A DNA stretch of 64,000 nt, from positions 496,001-560,000 of the forward strand of contig BAAIJX010000011.1 in NCBI GenBank assembly GCA_054600435.1, given 5' to 3'. Below are positions 48,924 to 60,880 of the stretch, in pieces. A model generated the notes under the pieces. The model had not been told where the DNA came from and searched no databases. It saw only the letters and a list, made by a program, of their open reading frames with translations. The stretch comes from Neophaeotheca triangularis (taxonomy: Eukaryota). Numbering within the stretch: the stretch's first letter is position 1; each line of letters begins with the position of its first letter. The translations under genes and the position numbers were made by a program.

Positions 48924-50192
48924 ATGACAGACAACAGCGCGCGCTACTACCAGGAGCGGGCCTCGCCCAGTCGCAAACGATCCAGATCGGAAGCACTCGA
49001 TACACCGGACTACGACGGCGCTGCGGAAAGCCCAGCACTGCAATACGCGTACGACGAGGATGGCGGCAGTGAAGCGGCTTCCACACCACCAGAGGGAGAG
49101 GCAGAGGCGGCGGAGGATGGGGACGTGAAGGCCAAGCGACCGAAACTTGAGAGACCGAAAGTGCTCAACTACAAACCACACATGACCCTCCGAGGGCACA
49201 CGCGAGGCGTCTCCGCCGCCAAATTCTCGCCCGACGGCAAGTGGATCGCCAGTTGCTCTGCAGACTGCACCATCAAGATCTGGGACGCGCGGACGGGCCA
49301 GATCCAGCATACCCTCGAAGGACACCTCGCCGGTATCTCGACGATAGCCTGGAGCCCGGACTCCAAGGTCATAGCCTCGGGCTCCGACGATAAGCTCATC
49401 CGGCTGTGGGACGTGGGGACGGGCAAGTGTCTGCAGACGACGTTGGAGGGGCACCACAATTACGTCTATAGCATTGCCTTTTCCCCAAAGGGCAACATGC
49501 TGGTCTCGGGCTCGTACGACGAAGCCGTCTTCCTCTGGGACGTTCGCACAGCAAGGGTGATGCGCAGCCTGCCCGCGCACTCGGACCCCGTGTCGGGCGT
49601 AGACTTTGTAAGAGACGGCACGCTGGTGGCTTCTTGCTCGAGCGACGGGCTGATCAGGATCTGGGACACGGGGACGGGCCAGTGTTTGAAGACGCTGGTG
49701 CACGAGGACAATGCGGCTGTGACGAGCGTCAGGTTCTCGCCCAACGGCAAGTTTGTGCTGGCTTGTACGCTCGACTCTTGCGTAAGGCTGTGGAACTACG
49801 TCGATGGCCGCTGTTTGAAGACGTATCAGGGGCACAAGAACCAGACGTACAGCATTTCTACTTCTTTTGGGTCGTACGGCGCAGAGGTAGCGGTGAACGA
49901 GGAGGTGGACAAGGACGACGAGCCCCAGCAATGGGCCTTTGCCGCTTGCGGAAGTGAAGACGGCAAGACTGTGCTCTGGGATGTCAATTCTAAAGAGGTG
50001 ATGCAGACGCTTCAGGGTCACGATGATGTGGTGCTGGGTGTGGAAATCGGCCTCGAGGACCAGACCATTTTAACGTGCGGGCTGGACAAGACGATCAAAA
50101 TATGGAAGAGAAGTCCCACCCGAGAGAACGGCCATGCTGTGAACGGTGTCTTGAAAGAGGACGGGGACATGCGCATGGATGAAGAAGATTAA
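48924..50192 (+). CDS. SWD3: WD40 protein WDR5/Swd3, COMPASS subunit
   Basis: Seven WD repeats with WDR5-like LEGHLAGISTIAWSPDS, GHHNYVYSIAFSPKGNMLVSGSYDE, AHSDPVSGVDF, CLKTYQGHKN. Confidence 0.9.
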   Translation: MTDNSARYYQERASPSRKRSRSEALDTPDYDGAAESPALQYAYDEDGGSEAASTPPEGEAEAAEDGDVKAKRPKLERPKVLNYKPHMTLRGHTRGVSAAKFSPDGKWIASCSADCTIKIWDARTGQIQHTLEGHLAGISTIAWSPDSKVIASGSDDKLIRLWDVGTGKCLQTTLEGHHNYVYSIAFSPKGNMLVSGSYDEAVFLWDVRTARVMRSLPAHSDPVSGVDFVRDGTLVASCSSDGLIRIWDTGTGQCLKTLVHEDNAAVTSVRFSPNGKFVLACTLDSCVRLWNYVDGRCLKTYQGHKNQTYSISTSFGSYGAEVAVNEEVDKDDEPQQWAFAACGSEDGKTVLWDVNSKEVMQTLQGHDDVVLGVEIGLEDQTILTCGLDKTIKIWKRSPTRENGHAVNGVLKEDGDMRMDEED

Positions 50193-50516
50193 AAAGCGCA
50201 TCCATCAGCGCTATCTTCCGCGTACTTTCGTCTGCGGATGCAGAGGGCCTCCGGCTTGTTTACTTCAGATAGTTGATACCCACGTAACCCTAGCATCTTA
50301 TCATCAAAGAGCAACTTTCCCAGTTACAAGGCCTAATGACTAGTAATATAGGTACTAGTAGTACATCTCATTGATAAAAGGTAGCTCGATGTGCCACTGA
50401 TTCTACTTCTACAACCCGTCCTTGAGTGCATTTTCCCCCATCTCTCTTTCTTGAATGGTGATATGCTGGGATAATCCGAATCTACTTTAATAGCGCATGT
50501 GGTTCATGCAGTTCTT

Positions 50517-53500
50517 TCACGACTTGCTCCTCCCACGCAACCCAAACCCCTCTTGCTGCAGCTCCCTCGCAAGTCTGAGGCTCTGCTCATCGTCGACTCC
50601 TTCGATGATTGCTGATGCTCCATCCATATCTCTTGATTTTGTGTTCATGGCATTCCCGTCATCTCCGGAACCGTTCCAAGCCTGGCTGGCCTTTCGAGTG
50701 GCCTCGGGCGATTGGTTTGGTATGCCATTGGCAAGAGGTGCTGAACGACGCTGAGCTTCGGGTGACTTTGGCAACCGAGCAGCAGGCTGGTAGAGGGGCA
50801 GACCGGTGGGCGGACCTTGCTGTGTAGCAGTACCGTTCGTGTGAGCAGGCACACCCACGCCGAGTGCTGACGCCGTGTTGTTTGTGCCGTCGGCAGAAGA
50901 GTGCTCTTCTTGTTGGGTACCGTTGGCCTCGTGCGATCCGTTTGTCGACATGCTGACAGCGCTGTCAGCACTCTCTTCCGGCTTTGACCTCTCCTGTGCG
51001 ATGCTGGCCATTTCACCATTTGCGAAAAGACGTGGATGCTCGTGGTATGCGTGCTGGTGCACAAACTGCTCTGTGGGATCCTGGAACATGTTGTCGCTAT
51101 GGTCTTCGTGGTGTCGCCCGTTCATATCCAGCACCTCGTTCGCAATCTGCTCCAGTGACGGTAATTGATAAGCATGTGCATGTTCCTGCGAAGGGTACGG
51201 GTGGCCGGCTGTAGAGTATGGGCCCGAAGGCGCATTGCTTGAAGGCTCAGGGTATAACGAATACAAGCTAGGGTCCACTTGTTGTGTATGCTCGTGCGAT
51301 GGGAGCTTAAGCTCCTGGTGATTCCCTTGTCCACGTTGCGGCTGCCCATGGAGGGCCTGCTGCTGCTCGTGGACGTGGGGTGAGACCCGGGTTGCTATGC
51401 CCGGTTGGGTCGCGCCGGTCTCGCTCGTCATCTGTTGAGGAATTAGAACACCGGATTGGCCTCGTTGCGGCATGTGTGGTTCTTGCTGAGGGTTCCATCC
51501 GGTCGGACCGTCAGGTATAGGAGTCGACTTCTGCCTCTTGGACTGAGCCGGACTTCCCTCAGCACCAGCAGAATGTCGCTTCTTGGAAGCAGCGGAACCT
51601 CTTGGAGCTGGGCTTTCGGCCGCCTTGACCGGATCGACATTGCCGTTGTCGTCGTGGATACATCGGCGCTGTAATCCATTGTTAGCCGGCTGGAATCAAA
51701 AAGGACACAGGTTCTGTATTGCTTACCTTGCTTTTTCTGCACTCGACACATGCCTTGGTTCTCCCACGCTTCGCCATTTCAGGGAACATCGGCACACCAT
51801 TCATCGCCATGGGAATGTTTGCATTGACGTACGCTGATGTACCCGGGTTCGGACCCTGCCCGAAGGCGTGTTGCCCTCCATTTGCCACCATGAGTGAATC
51901 TGCGGGACTGCCATTGGTCGCTTCCTGCTGGGGTCGCATGAGCTGATGATCAGACATGTGAGTAGAATTCTCGTAGTCGGCTCTCACCTTGGGAGTGACC
52001 ATGATGTTGTCGTGCAGTTCCGGCGCAAGCTGCCCTGAAAAAGAAGTCGCCATTCCATTAGCGGGTGGACCAGGTGAGTTGCCATTGACGTGCATCACCA
52101 AGTCCTTGTGCTTGCATCGAATCCTGCGCTTGCGACATTGGTCGCATGCGACTCGCTTGGGACCCAGGACCGAGGTTTTCGGGGTGCTGAGAAGTGGGCC
52201 ATGCTGGTTGGAAATCATGAGTGAAGCGGGTGAGGCGACGGTGGGCGGGCGGTCGGAAGCGGGCGGAGTTTCCATTTTGGAGTGGTGGTGGTGGAGGGAA
52301 TTTGATGGATCTGATGGCGGCGGTGATGGATTGGGGGGGGGCTTTGGGGGTGAAAAGGAGGAGGAGTTTGCGGTATTGGCGTTGGCGTCGGCGTTAGTGT
52401 TGGCGTTGGCAGAGGCGTTCTTCGCCACTACACGCGCACTTTGGCGATCGGGGGCGACTCGGTAGGCAGCAATGGCTTCTTTCCTTTCCATGTCCCGCAG
52501 AGCGCGGGCGGACAGCTTCTTGGGCGGGCCTTCGTCTTTGCTGTTGTTAGGAAGTACGGCGTCGGGATGTGCCCAAGCGGGTGGATCTTCGTTTCCGCGC
52601 TTGTACGCAACCCACAGGGCAAAAGTCTTGGCGATCTCTAGCGGCTCGCCATGCCCCTTTGGGATGGACGCATTGACCCTCCGCTGCTTGTCGGCCGACA
52701 TGCCCTCGACTCTGCCCATGACCGTCATGACTGTGCGAAAAATGTAGTTACTCAACTCCGCCCACCCCTCCACCTCCGCCTTGCCGTAGTATCTAGCATT
52801 TTGCGCCCCGACCCGCTCGTCCTCGTTTGCAATCTCCCCCTCGAAATCTTCCCATATCGCCACCTGCCGCTCGAACTGTTTCCCTTGGTAGAAGAGCTCC
52901 TTGACGTCCAGGGGTATCGGATCGTTCTTGAGGTATTGCAGTACCGTATACCACATGATCTTTTGGAAGAATGGATATCGGAACTTCATCGGCGTCTCGT
53001 TGGCCTTCTCAATCTCCACCACCCTGAATTGGTTGTGGAAGGACATTCGCGTGAGGAAGTTGCCTCCAATCACCAAGCTGGTGCTGGGTGTCCACACCGC
53101 GTGGATCCAGCCGGACGGAATCAGCATCGTGTCGCCCTCGTGCAGGTCCACTCGGTAGCATTCCTTGGTGATGTGTGGAAGAAAGGTGAAGTTCTGCTGC
53201 GGGCTTTCGTTCCACTCCTCGTAAGCCTTCAGATGCTTGGGCTTGGGTGGGATGAAGAAGAAGGTCTTGCTTCCCTTCAGAATGTGGTAGTAGACCGACG
53301 AGCCCCCAAAATCGATGTGGAAATCGGTATAACTGTCTGCAATCGACATCAAGCAGTAAAACTGCACCTTCGGATACTTGCCCTTGTCGATTTCCGCTTG
53401 TGGCCAGACTGCGTCTTGAAGATCAATGTCGCGTGCAATCTTCGGCCGACGAATGAGCCGACCAAGCTTCGTTTGGGAGACCTCTAGACTGATCACGTTG

Positions 53501-55614
53501 CGAATGGGCTTGTCGTCACCTTCTTGCTCGTAGTAGTCCGCCCAACGCTTCAGCGTCCACTTCTGGCCGGAGTTCTGAGTCTTGACCTCTATCACATCCA
53601 GTGGCCAGTCCGGACCTACCAACTCGCAGACTTGACGTACAGTCAAGTCTTGAGGCATCACCATGTCCAGCTTGTCTTGACCATGGTCAGGGACCGTTTC
53701 GTACTCAAAAGTCTCTGGAAAATGCTCATCTTGCTCATGAGCATCAGTGGCTGGAGTAGCAGCTGGCATGGTAAAAGCTGCTTCATCGCGCATCTTCCAT
53801 GGCCTGGGGTTCCACTCAGCTGGAACACAAATGGGCTTGGTGAATGCATCCGACCGTTCGAGAAACTCCTGGGTGAGCAATTCTGGGCGCATTCGAGGAA
53901 AGTCTTCCGTATCGAACTGGAAGGTGCCGTCTTTGATTGGCTGGATGTAGTGGTGTTCGTTGCTCTCGTCACTCGTTTTCAAGACTCCCTTCTGAAGTTC
54001 GGAATAGTCCACAGCAGCATGCGCTCGGCTGCTCTTGCGCACGTAGGTCGTCTTGCCGTGTGTAGGCTCGCAACTGCCACAAAAATACTTGTCCACATCG
54101 CGAACCTCGAGAGCCTTCTTAAAACCCGCGCAGTCGATATGAAACCACTGCTTGCATCCGTTACAGCTAACCCATTCTTCTGAATCCATGTCCGCTCGGC
54201 CGGCTTCGCGGGAGGTTGCGCATCCAGCGCAGATTGTCTCTTTGGCCGCTCGACGACCGGGCTTGCTGGGAGAAGCACCACGGATGAACATTGGCACCTC
54301 ACGCGGCACAGACTGCGCACGTTCGGTCGGTGCGGCCTCCGTCTCTACCCTCGACATTTCCAAGTCGCCAAAGCTTTTCCGGCGAACATTTCCGAGTTCC
54401 TGATCCGTAGCCCAATCAGTGGCTACCTCTGCAAACGCATCTTGTCGAGACTTGCTGCTTTTTCCTTGCTTTCCACGCTCGTGTGCTTTTTTGCGGCCTG
54501 CTGCTCGCTTGGTAGTAGCTTTCTCGGCGAGGCTCTTCTTGGCACCTGAGCCACGAGGCTTTCCTTTGGGCCATCCGCGCTTTGCTTTTGGAGGTTCAGC
54601 CACCTCGCTCGGAGCGCCATCTGTGCTGGGCGCACTCGCCCTAGTGTCATCCACCGACGCCTGTCCCTCCACCTCCGCTCGCGGCTGCTTCGGATGAGCT
54701 TCCGCTGGAAGCGCCTTCTGGTTCACGACCTCCTCCACACGAGCCGGAGCGCCCGCCATGGTTGTATCTGGACCGCCATTGCTTTCTTTCTTTGGACTTT
54801 GCTTTGCCTCAGTGTTATCATCCTGCGAACGGGAGATAGTGGGCCGTTTAGCCGCCTGTGGATCCTCGTGCTGGAAGGGCGGCAAAAGTTGTGCGTGGTG
54901 TGAGATCATATTTGGTCGATGAGAGACGTCCTGTGGAAAGCTATTCGCATGCGGTCTGTGATGGGCTGGAGGAGGAGGAGCGGGCGTTCGTGCTGTGACT
55001 GGCCAGCCGCCAGTCCTGAAGTTGAGCAGTAGTGCAGCTTCTTCAAAACGTCGATCATATGTGTGCTCGGAATAATAAGAATGGCTCATTGCTGGCGGGC
55101 CGTGGGTCGTATTCGCGTAACTGGTAGCGGGTCTCGAGGCATGCTGTCCTGCTTGCGGCAATGGCAGAACCTCCGAGCGCGCCCTCTTATGGGGTGGTTC
55201 GCCCGTTACGACCGGCGAAGAGACATAGGCTCCATGGGTGTAGCCGCCATGGCCCTCGGCCTGTATTCTTGACGAAGTCGAGTTATGCCTGGAATGTGAG
55301 ACATGAGCCGGGCTTACGGCCAGCGCAGCTTCAGCGAGGGTGTCAATGGTTGAGGAGGTTCGGTGGTGTCCACGTTTTCGGCTCGCCGTAGCATGTGTGT
55401 TTGATCTTGGGGTGGACGCAGCATCACGGTATGGGCGGGACGTGAAACCGATGTGATTGTTGGTGGCTGGGTAGTTGAAGCTGGGCTCGATTGGCGTTGG
55501 TCTGGGTGGTGAGGGTGGTGACAAAGGCTCAACGAAGGTGCGCGGAGGAGACGGAGAGCGGGTATGTTGCGGTCGAGGGCCATTAGGCGTCTTGAAGCTT
55601 GGGTTGTGTTGCAT
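50517..55614 (-). CDS. JHD1: PHD plus JmjC histone demethylase Jhd1/KDM2 family; intron 51669-51726
   Basis: PHD (CAGC...WVSCNGCKQWFHIDC...YFCGSC); JmjC with intact Fe ligands YTDFHIDFGGSSVYYH...GWIHAV, LVIGGNFL, KFRYPFF. The splice joins CVECRKSK|RRCIH into the 50517..51473 frame. Confidence 0.92.
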
Positions 55615-56262
55615 GGCGGAGGCGGGCAAGGTCGGTGAGGGCGGTATGCGGTGAGTTCGGAGGAGAGCTCAAGGCAGGCGCGCACCAGGCGCAAGTCGCA
55701 ATGGTCGTGGGCAGTCGCAGAATATTGCGCAGGCCTTTTCCAGCACGTCTTGTATGCTCGAGTAGTGCGGGTGAGGGGGACGGTGAGGGTGGGCAGTGGG
55801 GTATGATGGCCGGTGTCGTTGGCCTGTTCGTCGATAGCCCGTGAGACCTTAGGTGGGGTTTAAGGTATGTCGGCAGCAGGCTGCTTCGGGATTACGCCAA
55901 ATGGTAGTACAACTTGGTCGTCAATAATGCCGAATTACATGGGCAAACATAGCAATCAATTCTCTACCTAGGTAGTACTATCTAGGAGTGTATGTAAGGT
56001 ATCCAAACAACATCAAACTACGACGGTTCCGGAGCTCAGGTTGTGGCTGCCTGAGGCAGGTTCGACTCGACGCTTATCGGCGTTATCGCCTTTGAGCCTA
56101 GCCTTATCCGTTCTGCACCAGACCCCGGGCACGGCGGGCAGGGCATCTGCAATCTATCCGACTAGCGACTTGCGATACATTACCTTACTTACCTTCGACA
56201 CTGCCAGAACCTGCCATCCTCATCCTTCCCAACTCCCTCTCATCAGACAACAATCTCGAGCT

Positions 56263-56759
56263 ATGAACCGTGGCTCCAAGCTTGCCCCCGAAGTCAATCG
56301 GTAAGCATACTATGTCCCCCTCCTCGTGCCACAGCACTGGACCCCATTCTAACCGCCGCAGCGCACTCTTCGTCAAGAACCTCAACTACAGAGTCACCCC
56401 GGAAGAGTTGTTCGACCTCTTCGGCAAGTTCGGCTCTATTCGGTACGTCTCTCAATCTGAGGGAGCCCTTCAGCTTTCTCACGCCCTCGCCATGACAACC
56501 CACTAACCCTTTTACGTACAGTCAAATCCGTCAGGGCATCGCCAACAACACCAAGGGCACCGCTTTTGTTGTCTACGATGATGTAATGGATGCCAAAGGC
56601 GCTTGCGACAAGCTCAATGGGTTCAACTTTCAAGATCGGTATCTTGTAGTCCTCTACCACCAGCCGGAGAAAATGGCCAAGGCAAACGACGCGGCCGCGA
56701 ATCTGGAGGAGCGCGAGGCGGCGTTAGAACGCACCAAGCGCGAGCACGGTATCGCCTAG
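56263..56759 (+). CDS. SF3B6: SF3b p14 branch-site protein; introns 56301-56361 and 56443-56521
   Basis: MNRGSKLAPEVNR|ALFVKNLNYRVTPEELFDLFGKFGSIR|QIRQGIANNTKGTAFVVYDDVMDAKGACDKLNGFNFQDRYLVVLYHQ, a single RRM. Confidence 0.95.
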
Positions 56760-58395
56760 CGGCGCGAGGGAGCTGCAGCTGGTGAGAAAAAGCTGGCAGA
56801 GAAGAGCGTGGAGGAGCGGAAAGATTCGGTCACGTACACTGAATCCGAAACTCCTGGCGCTGCATCTTCAACGTCGGCGGAAACTTTGGCAGCGGCTCCC
56901 AAGGCTAGGGACTTTGCAAAGATGGAGAATACGAAGATCACGACTACGCCCGACACGATTCCTATTAAGGCTGGCGAGGGCGGCACAAACACAAACCCAA
57001 GCACAAGCACGCGTATGTGGAAACGGTTCAAGGTCAAGGCTTTCAGCGGCGTGCAGGCTATGGGCGGAAGGACTCGAGGCTTAACGGCGTAAAAATCACC
57101 ACTGAGCACACGCTCTGGCGTTCTAGTGCAGGTAGCATCTATATACCCTCAGACATTAGTCGCACCCCGCCCGATATACTTGGGCGAGGCGATCACTCTC
57201 GGCTCGCGAGCTCCTGCGGCTCAAGGAGCCATTGGGTAGTCCAATCCACGTACTGATGGTTGCTAAGAGGGAAAACTAACGTAGATCTGGAAAGGCACGC
57301 AAAGCTGTGGTTCGTCACCTGCAATTGCCAGGAAGGACATTCAGCTGGGTTGCGTACCGTACAGCACTGCCACGGGTCCTGTTTGAGAGCACACGGGGCG
57401 ATGTCATGAATAACGAGCGATGAGATGCGATGTGTCGCAAAGGTTTGGAATAAGGAAACCTAAGGGTGGTGGGAGACTCGAAATAATATGGGCTACAAGT
57501 TTTATTTACTAGTACTGTCGGGTCAGTACTTGTAGGTACTGTCCATATCTTTGAAGCTTCCAATGGTAGGAGATAGCGTGGCGGGACCCTGCATGTTGCT
57601 CCATTTTGCTCCATGTAGGGCACACACTAACGGCCATCACTACTACTGTACCTGTTACCCAGTCGCTAGGTCTGCTGTATTTCTCTACCATGATTACTAC
57701 AAGTTAGCAGGGTTAGCAGGTACCGGAGGACCGTCACCATTTCGAGCTACGTGCATAAGAGCGGCGTGGCAGAAGTACTACTACTACACCCGCTACCTAC
57801 TGTATACTTGCCAGACTTGCCAGACTTACTTCTTCTTCCTCCCTCTCTCAACCACCACTCCAGCTACTATGCCTCCTAGGCCCTGACACGGCTTCGAGCA
57901 AGGCCCCAATGCCATTTCCGTCTTCTTACAAAGGTCCTTACTTGGTTGATAGACACCTTAGCCCAGCATGTTCCTGGGTATACTGGCAGGTATGTCCGCT
58001 CATCTCAATTGTCCCGTCTCTTTCCTTGTGAATGTTGAGCAATATTCTTCTACTGGAAGCGCCTACATAGCTGGGGCGCGTTGTTTGCTTGCTTGCTTGC
58101 GTGCTTGCCGCATGTCGTGAACAATAATGCTCGTGTCTCTCAAGACACTTACGCGGCGACGGCGACGGTGGCAGCAGCGGTGGTGGCTACGGTCTCAAAT
58201 ACCAGGCTTGCGGAAGTTCACCTTGACTTCACCACCACCCCCACCACCACCGCTACCACCACGTTACGACACCTCCTCTTAAGGCCACTGCACATGTACT
58301 ATCGCCAACTACACTTCAATCACACCTTGCACACAATTCAACCCCTCTACTTTTAACAGAAAGCACGACATTCATTCCCTTCACCACCCATACCC

Positions 58396-60335
58396 ATGAT
58401 GCGTAGGATTCGGAGCGTGAAGCTCTGGTTCTCAGGAGGCTTCAAACGCTGTTTGAATAGGCTGTACAAAACCGAGGTCCGAGAGCCGCGTTCTCAGAAA
58501 CAAAGTCACGAAGACGTACTGACGTTCACGCGCAAAGGCAGCACCTTCAACAACGTTGACCCGGAGAAGGAGCGCGAGCCGCCTCCAGAAGCTACGCCAG
58601 TCACATTCCCACACCACAAGGGCACGCCAACGCGCGATTGGGACGTGGAATCAGCGCCCGATTTTCCTGTCGTATTCTCAAAGATCATACGCCCAGTCGA
58701 CGTCACAGAATGGCACGTTGAGGCCCTGAATGTCGAAGTCTTGGAACCTTGCCGTTTTCAAGACCTTCTGCCGCTCTCCTCAAATGGTACTTCCTACCTT
58801 CCCCTGCGCGAACCTCAGGAGAGCACCCCAGCAGGCTCATATGCGGATGCTACCAAAGCCGACGGCACTGCTGCTAGGAACCAAAAGGACTATGACAGTC
58901 GCTTGGCTGAGTTGAAAGTCGACAATGATGCTGGATATCGCGTCATCACTAGAAGCTCGAAACCTGGCGCATCCGTGCCTCGTCTTGCTCATATGAGGAA
59001 GTTTTGGGAAGGGTTAGAATCAATCAGCCAGTATTGGGACTGTTCTCTCGACCAATACTACGAGATTGCCACGGAGAATGACGTTGAGAACGAGAACAGT
59101 GCTAAGAGAGCCAGGCTTGACGAAGGAGGAGAAGTAAACATTGCTACTCCGCAGAACGGGCCCAGTTCAGCAGAGGCTCAAAAGGCACGCAAAGACCTGG
59201 ACAACTGCGACCCCGATGCTTTGAGCTCCGCAAGCCGCAAAGACTTGCTCGATCGCCTCGACCGCGCTCGGGAGGAAGACGACAACAAAGCTTTGGAAAA
59301 CCAAAAAAACAACGTAGAGGCAACGTCGAACATTCGTTACAAAGGCAGGCGCGTCGGCACTGGTCGCCACACACCTGATCAGTTCTTTGTGAACACCATC
59401 AAATCTTTTGTCGAGGGCATTGCGTGGGCTTTCCAGTGCAGTGTTGCAGCACCAAAGCGAATGCCTATACTGCAACTCGGGAGGCTCAATCAACCCGTAC
59501 GCCAGAGTGCTAGCGTCTATCGCATGCCCAAAGACCGCAAGAAGGCTCGGTCCGGGTTCCTTGAGGGCCCGGTGATGGGCTTGCAGATCCGCTCCGAGAC
59601 TGATTTCATGGAGGACAATGGCCAGCCGAGCGAGGGTAAAGCGCGTATGGACCATTTGCGGGAACTGGGAGGACTACTCCAGATTGCGCAGGAGCGAAGG
59701 CGCGAGGGAAGAACCGAAGTCAACCCCGGCTTGGGCAAGTGGTGGGCAACGGAGCCGAGGTGGGGAGGTGGCACTGGAGGCGCTACTGGTAAAGAGAGCG
59801 AAGACTTGGAGATGGCCGATCAGCCCGCCGATGCGGCGAAGAAAGGGGCGGGTAGGGAGAAGAACGGGAGCAAGAGCAGGCCCAGGAAGACTTCATCGGA
59901 GCTCTGGAAGGAGGTTAAGCCCGGCAGCGCCGTTTGGGACCCAAAGATGGGATACGCCGCAATTGGCAAGGATGTAAACTCGGCCTACGACGAGGTGAGT
60001 GACGACGTTCTCTTGCTCATCTCCTTCTGAGTACAACGCTAACAATACTGCAGGTCTTCCTAATTTCCGCCCTCAACCATCATCTGCGCATCCTCAAGCT
60101 CACGGTCCACGGCGACTACACCGACTTTCTCACAACAGGCACAATGCCATCACCACTGCCCTCGGATGGGGAATGGTGTCGCCCAAAGCTCCAGCGCACG
60201 CAATGGTTCGACATGTTCAATGTGGACGATCGTGTCGATGCTTTCAGAACCCTTTGGGCTGTCATGAGATACCTTTTGAGAGAGGAGGCGCAAGGAGAGA
60301 CGCAAGCTCAAGAGGGCGCGCAGGCGGCTACGTAG
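58396..60335 (+). CDS. Uncharacterised fungal protein; intron 59995-60053
   Basis: 544-aa ORF, GTGAGT donor, GCTAAC branch and CAG acceptor continuing in frame YDE|VFLISALNHHLRILKL...RTQWFDMF to TAG 60335. No domain recognised. Confidence 0.8.
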
Positions 60336-60880
60336 AAGGAAGATGCCTGGTATACGCGTGGTCAGGTGCGATCAAGGAGACTGGTTTACTGCGTTGTATA
60401 GTCTTTAGCGTGCATGCTGCTGGCGTTCTGCCATTACGTAGCGCTGGTGTCACGTACATTAGTACAGACTACATAGCCACGAAACGAGCGTTTCTTTTTG
60501 CGTTTTCTGCCCATTACTTATCAAGGACACTATCCGTTGTGCAGAGTAGACGATACCGCAGCGTATAGATGTCTTAGTTCGTTTGATGGGCTCCTATGGA
60601 GAAAGCCTCTTTGGCGAAGTGATGCGTGTAAAATTTGCACAGTGCAGCCCATACGCAGGAGACGACTGAATCTACCAGAAATCACTCCAAAGCACGGTGG
60701 AAAGAAAGCACCAAAGGAGGCTCCGGCAAATTTTCATTCCAGCTCCGCTACAGCTACGGCTCACAAGGCAGCCTCTCAGCTCACCTTGCGCAACCATCCA
60801 CCAACAACCACACCGTGGCCCCTGCCTCAAAAGGCCAAGGACACATCCCCCCCCGGTCGCCCACACAGCCACACGCGCCC

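Noticed and set aside
48759..50021. 420-aa antisense ORF with apparent repeats
   Set aside because: Mirror of the SWD3 WD40 repeats on the opposite strand. GC-rich codon bias explains the lack of stops.
56059..56070. GGTTCGACTCG resembling a tRNA T-loop/B-box
   Set aside because: No cloverleaf, T-stem pairing or A-box found. It lies in the JHD1/p14 divergent promoter.
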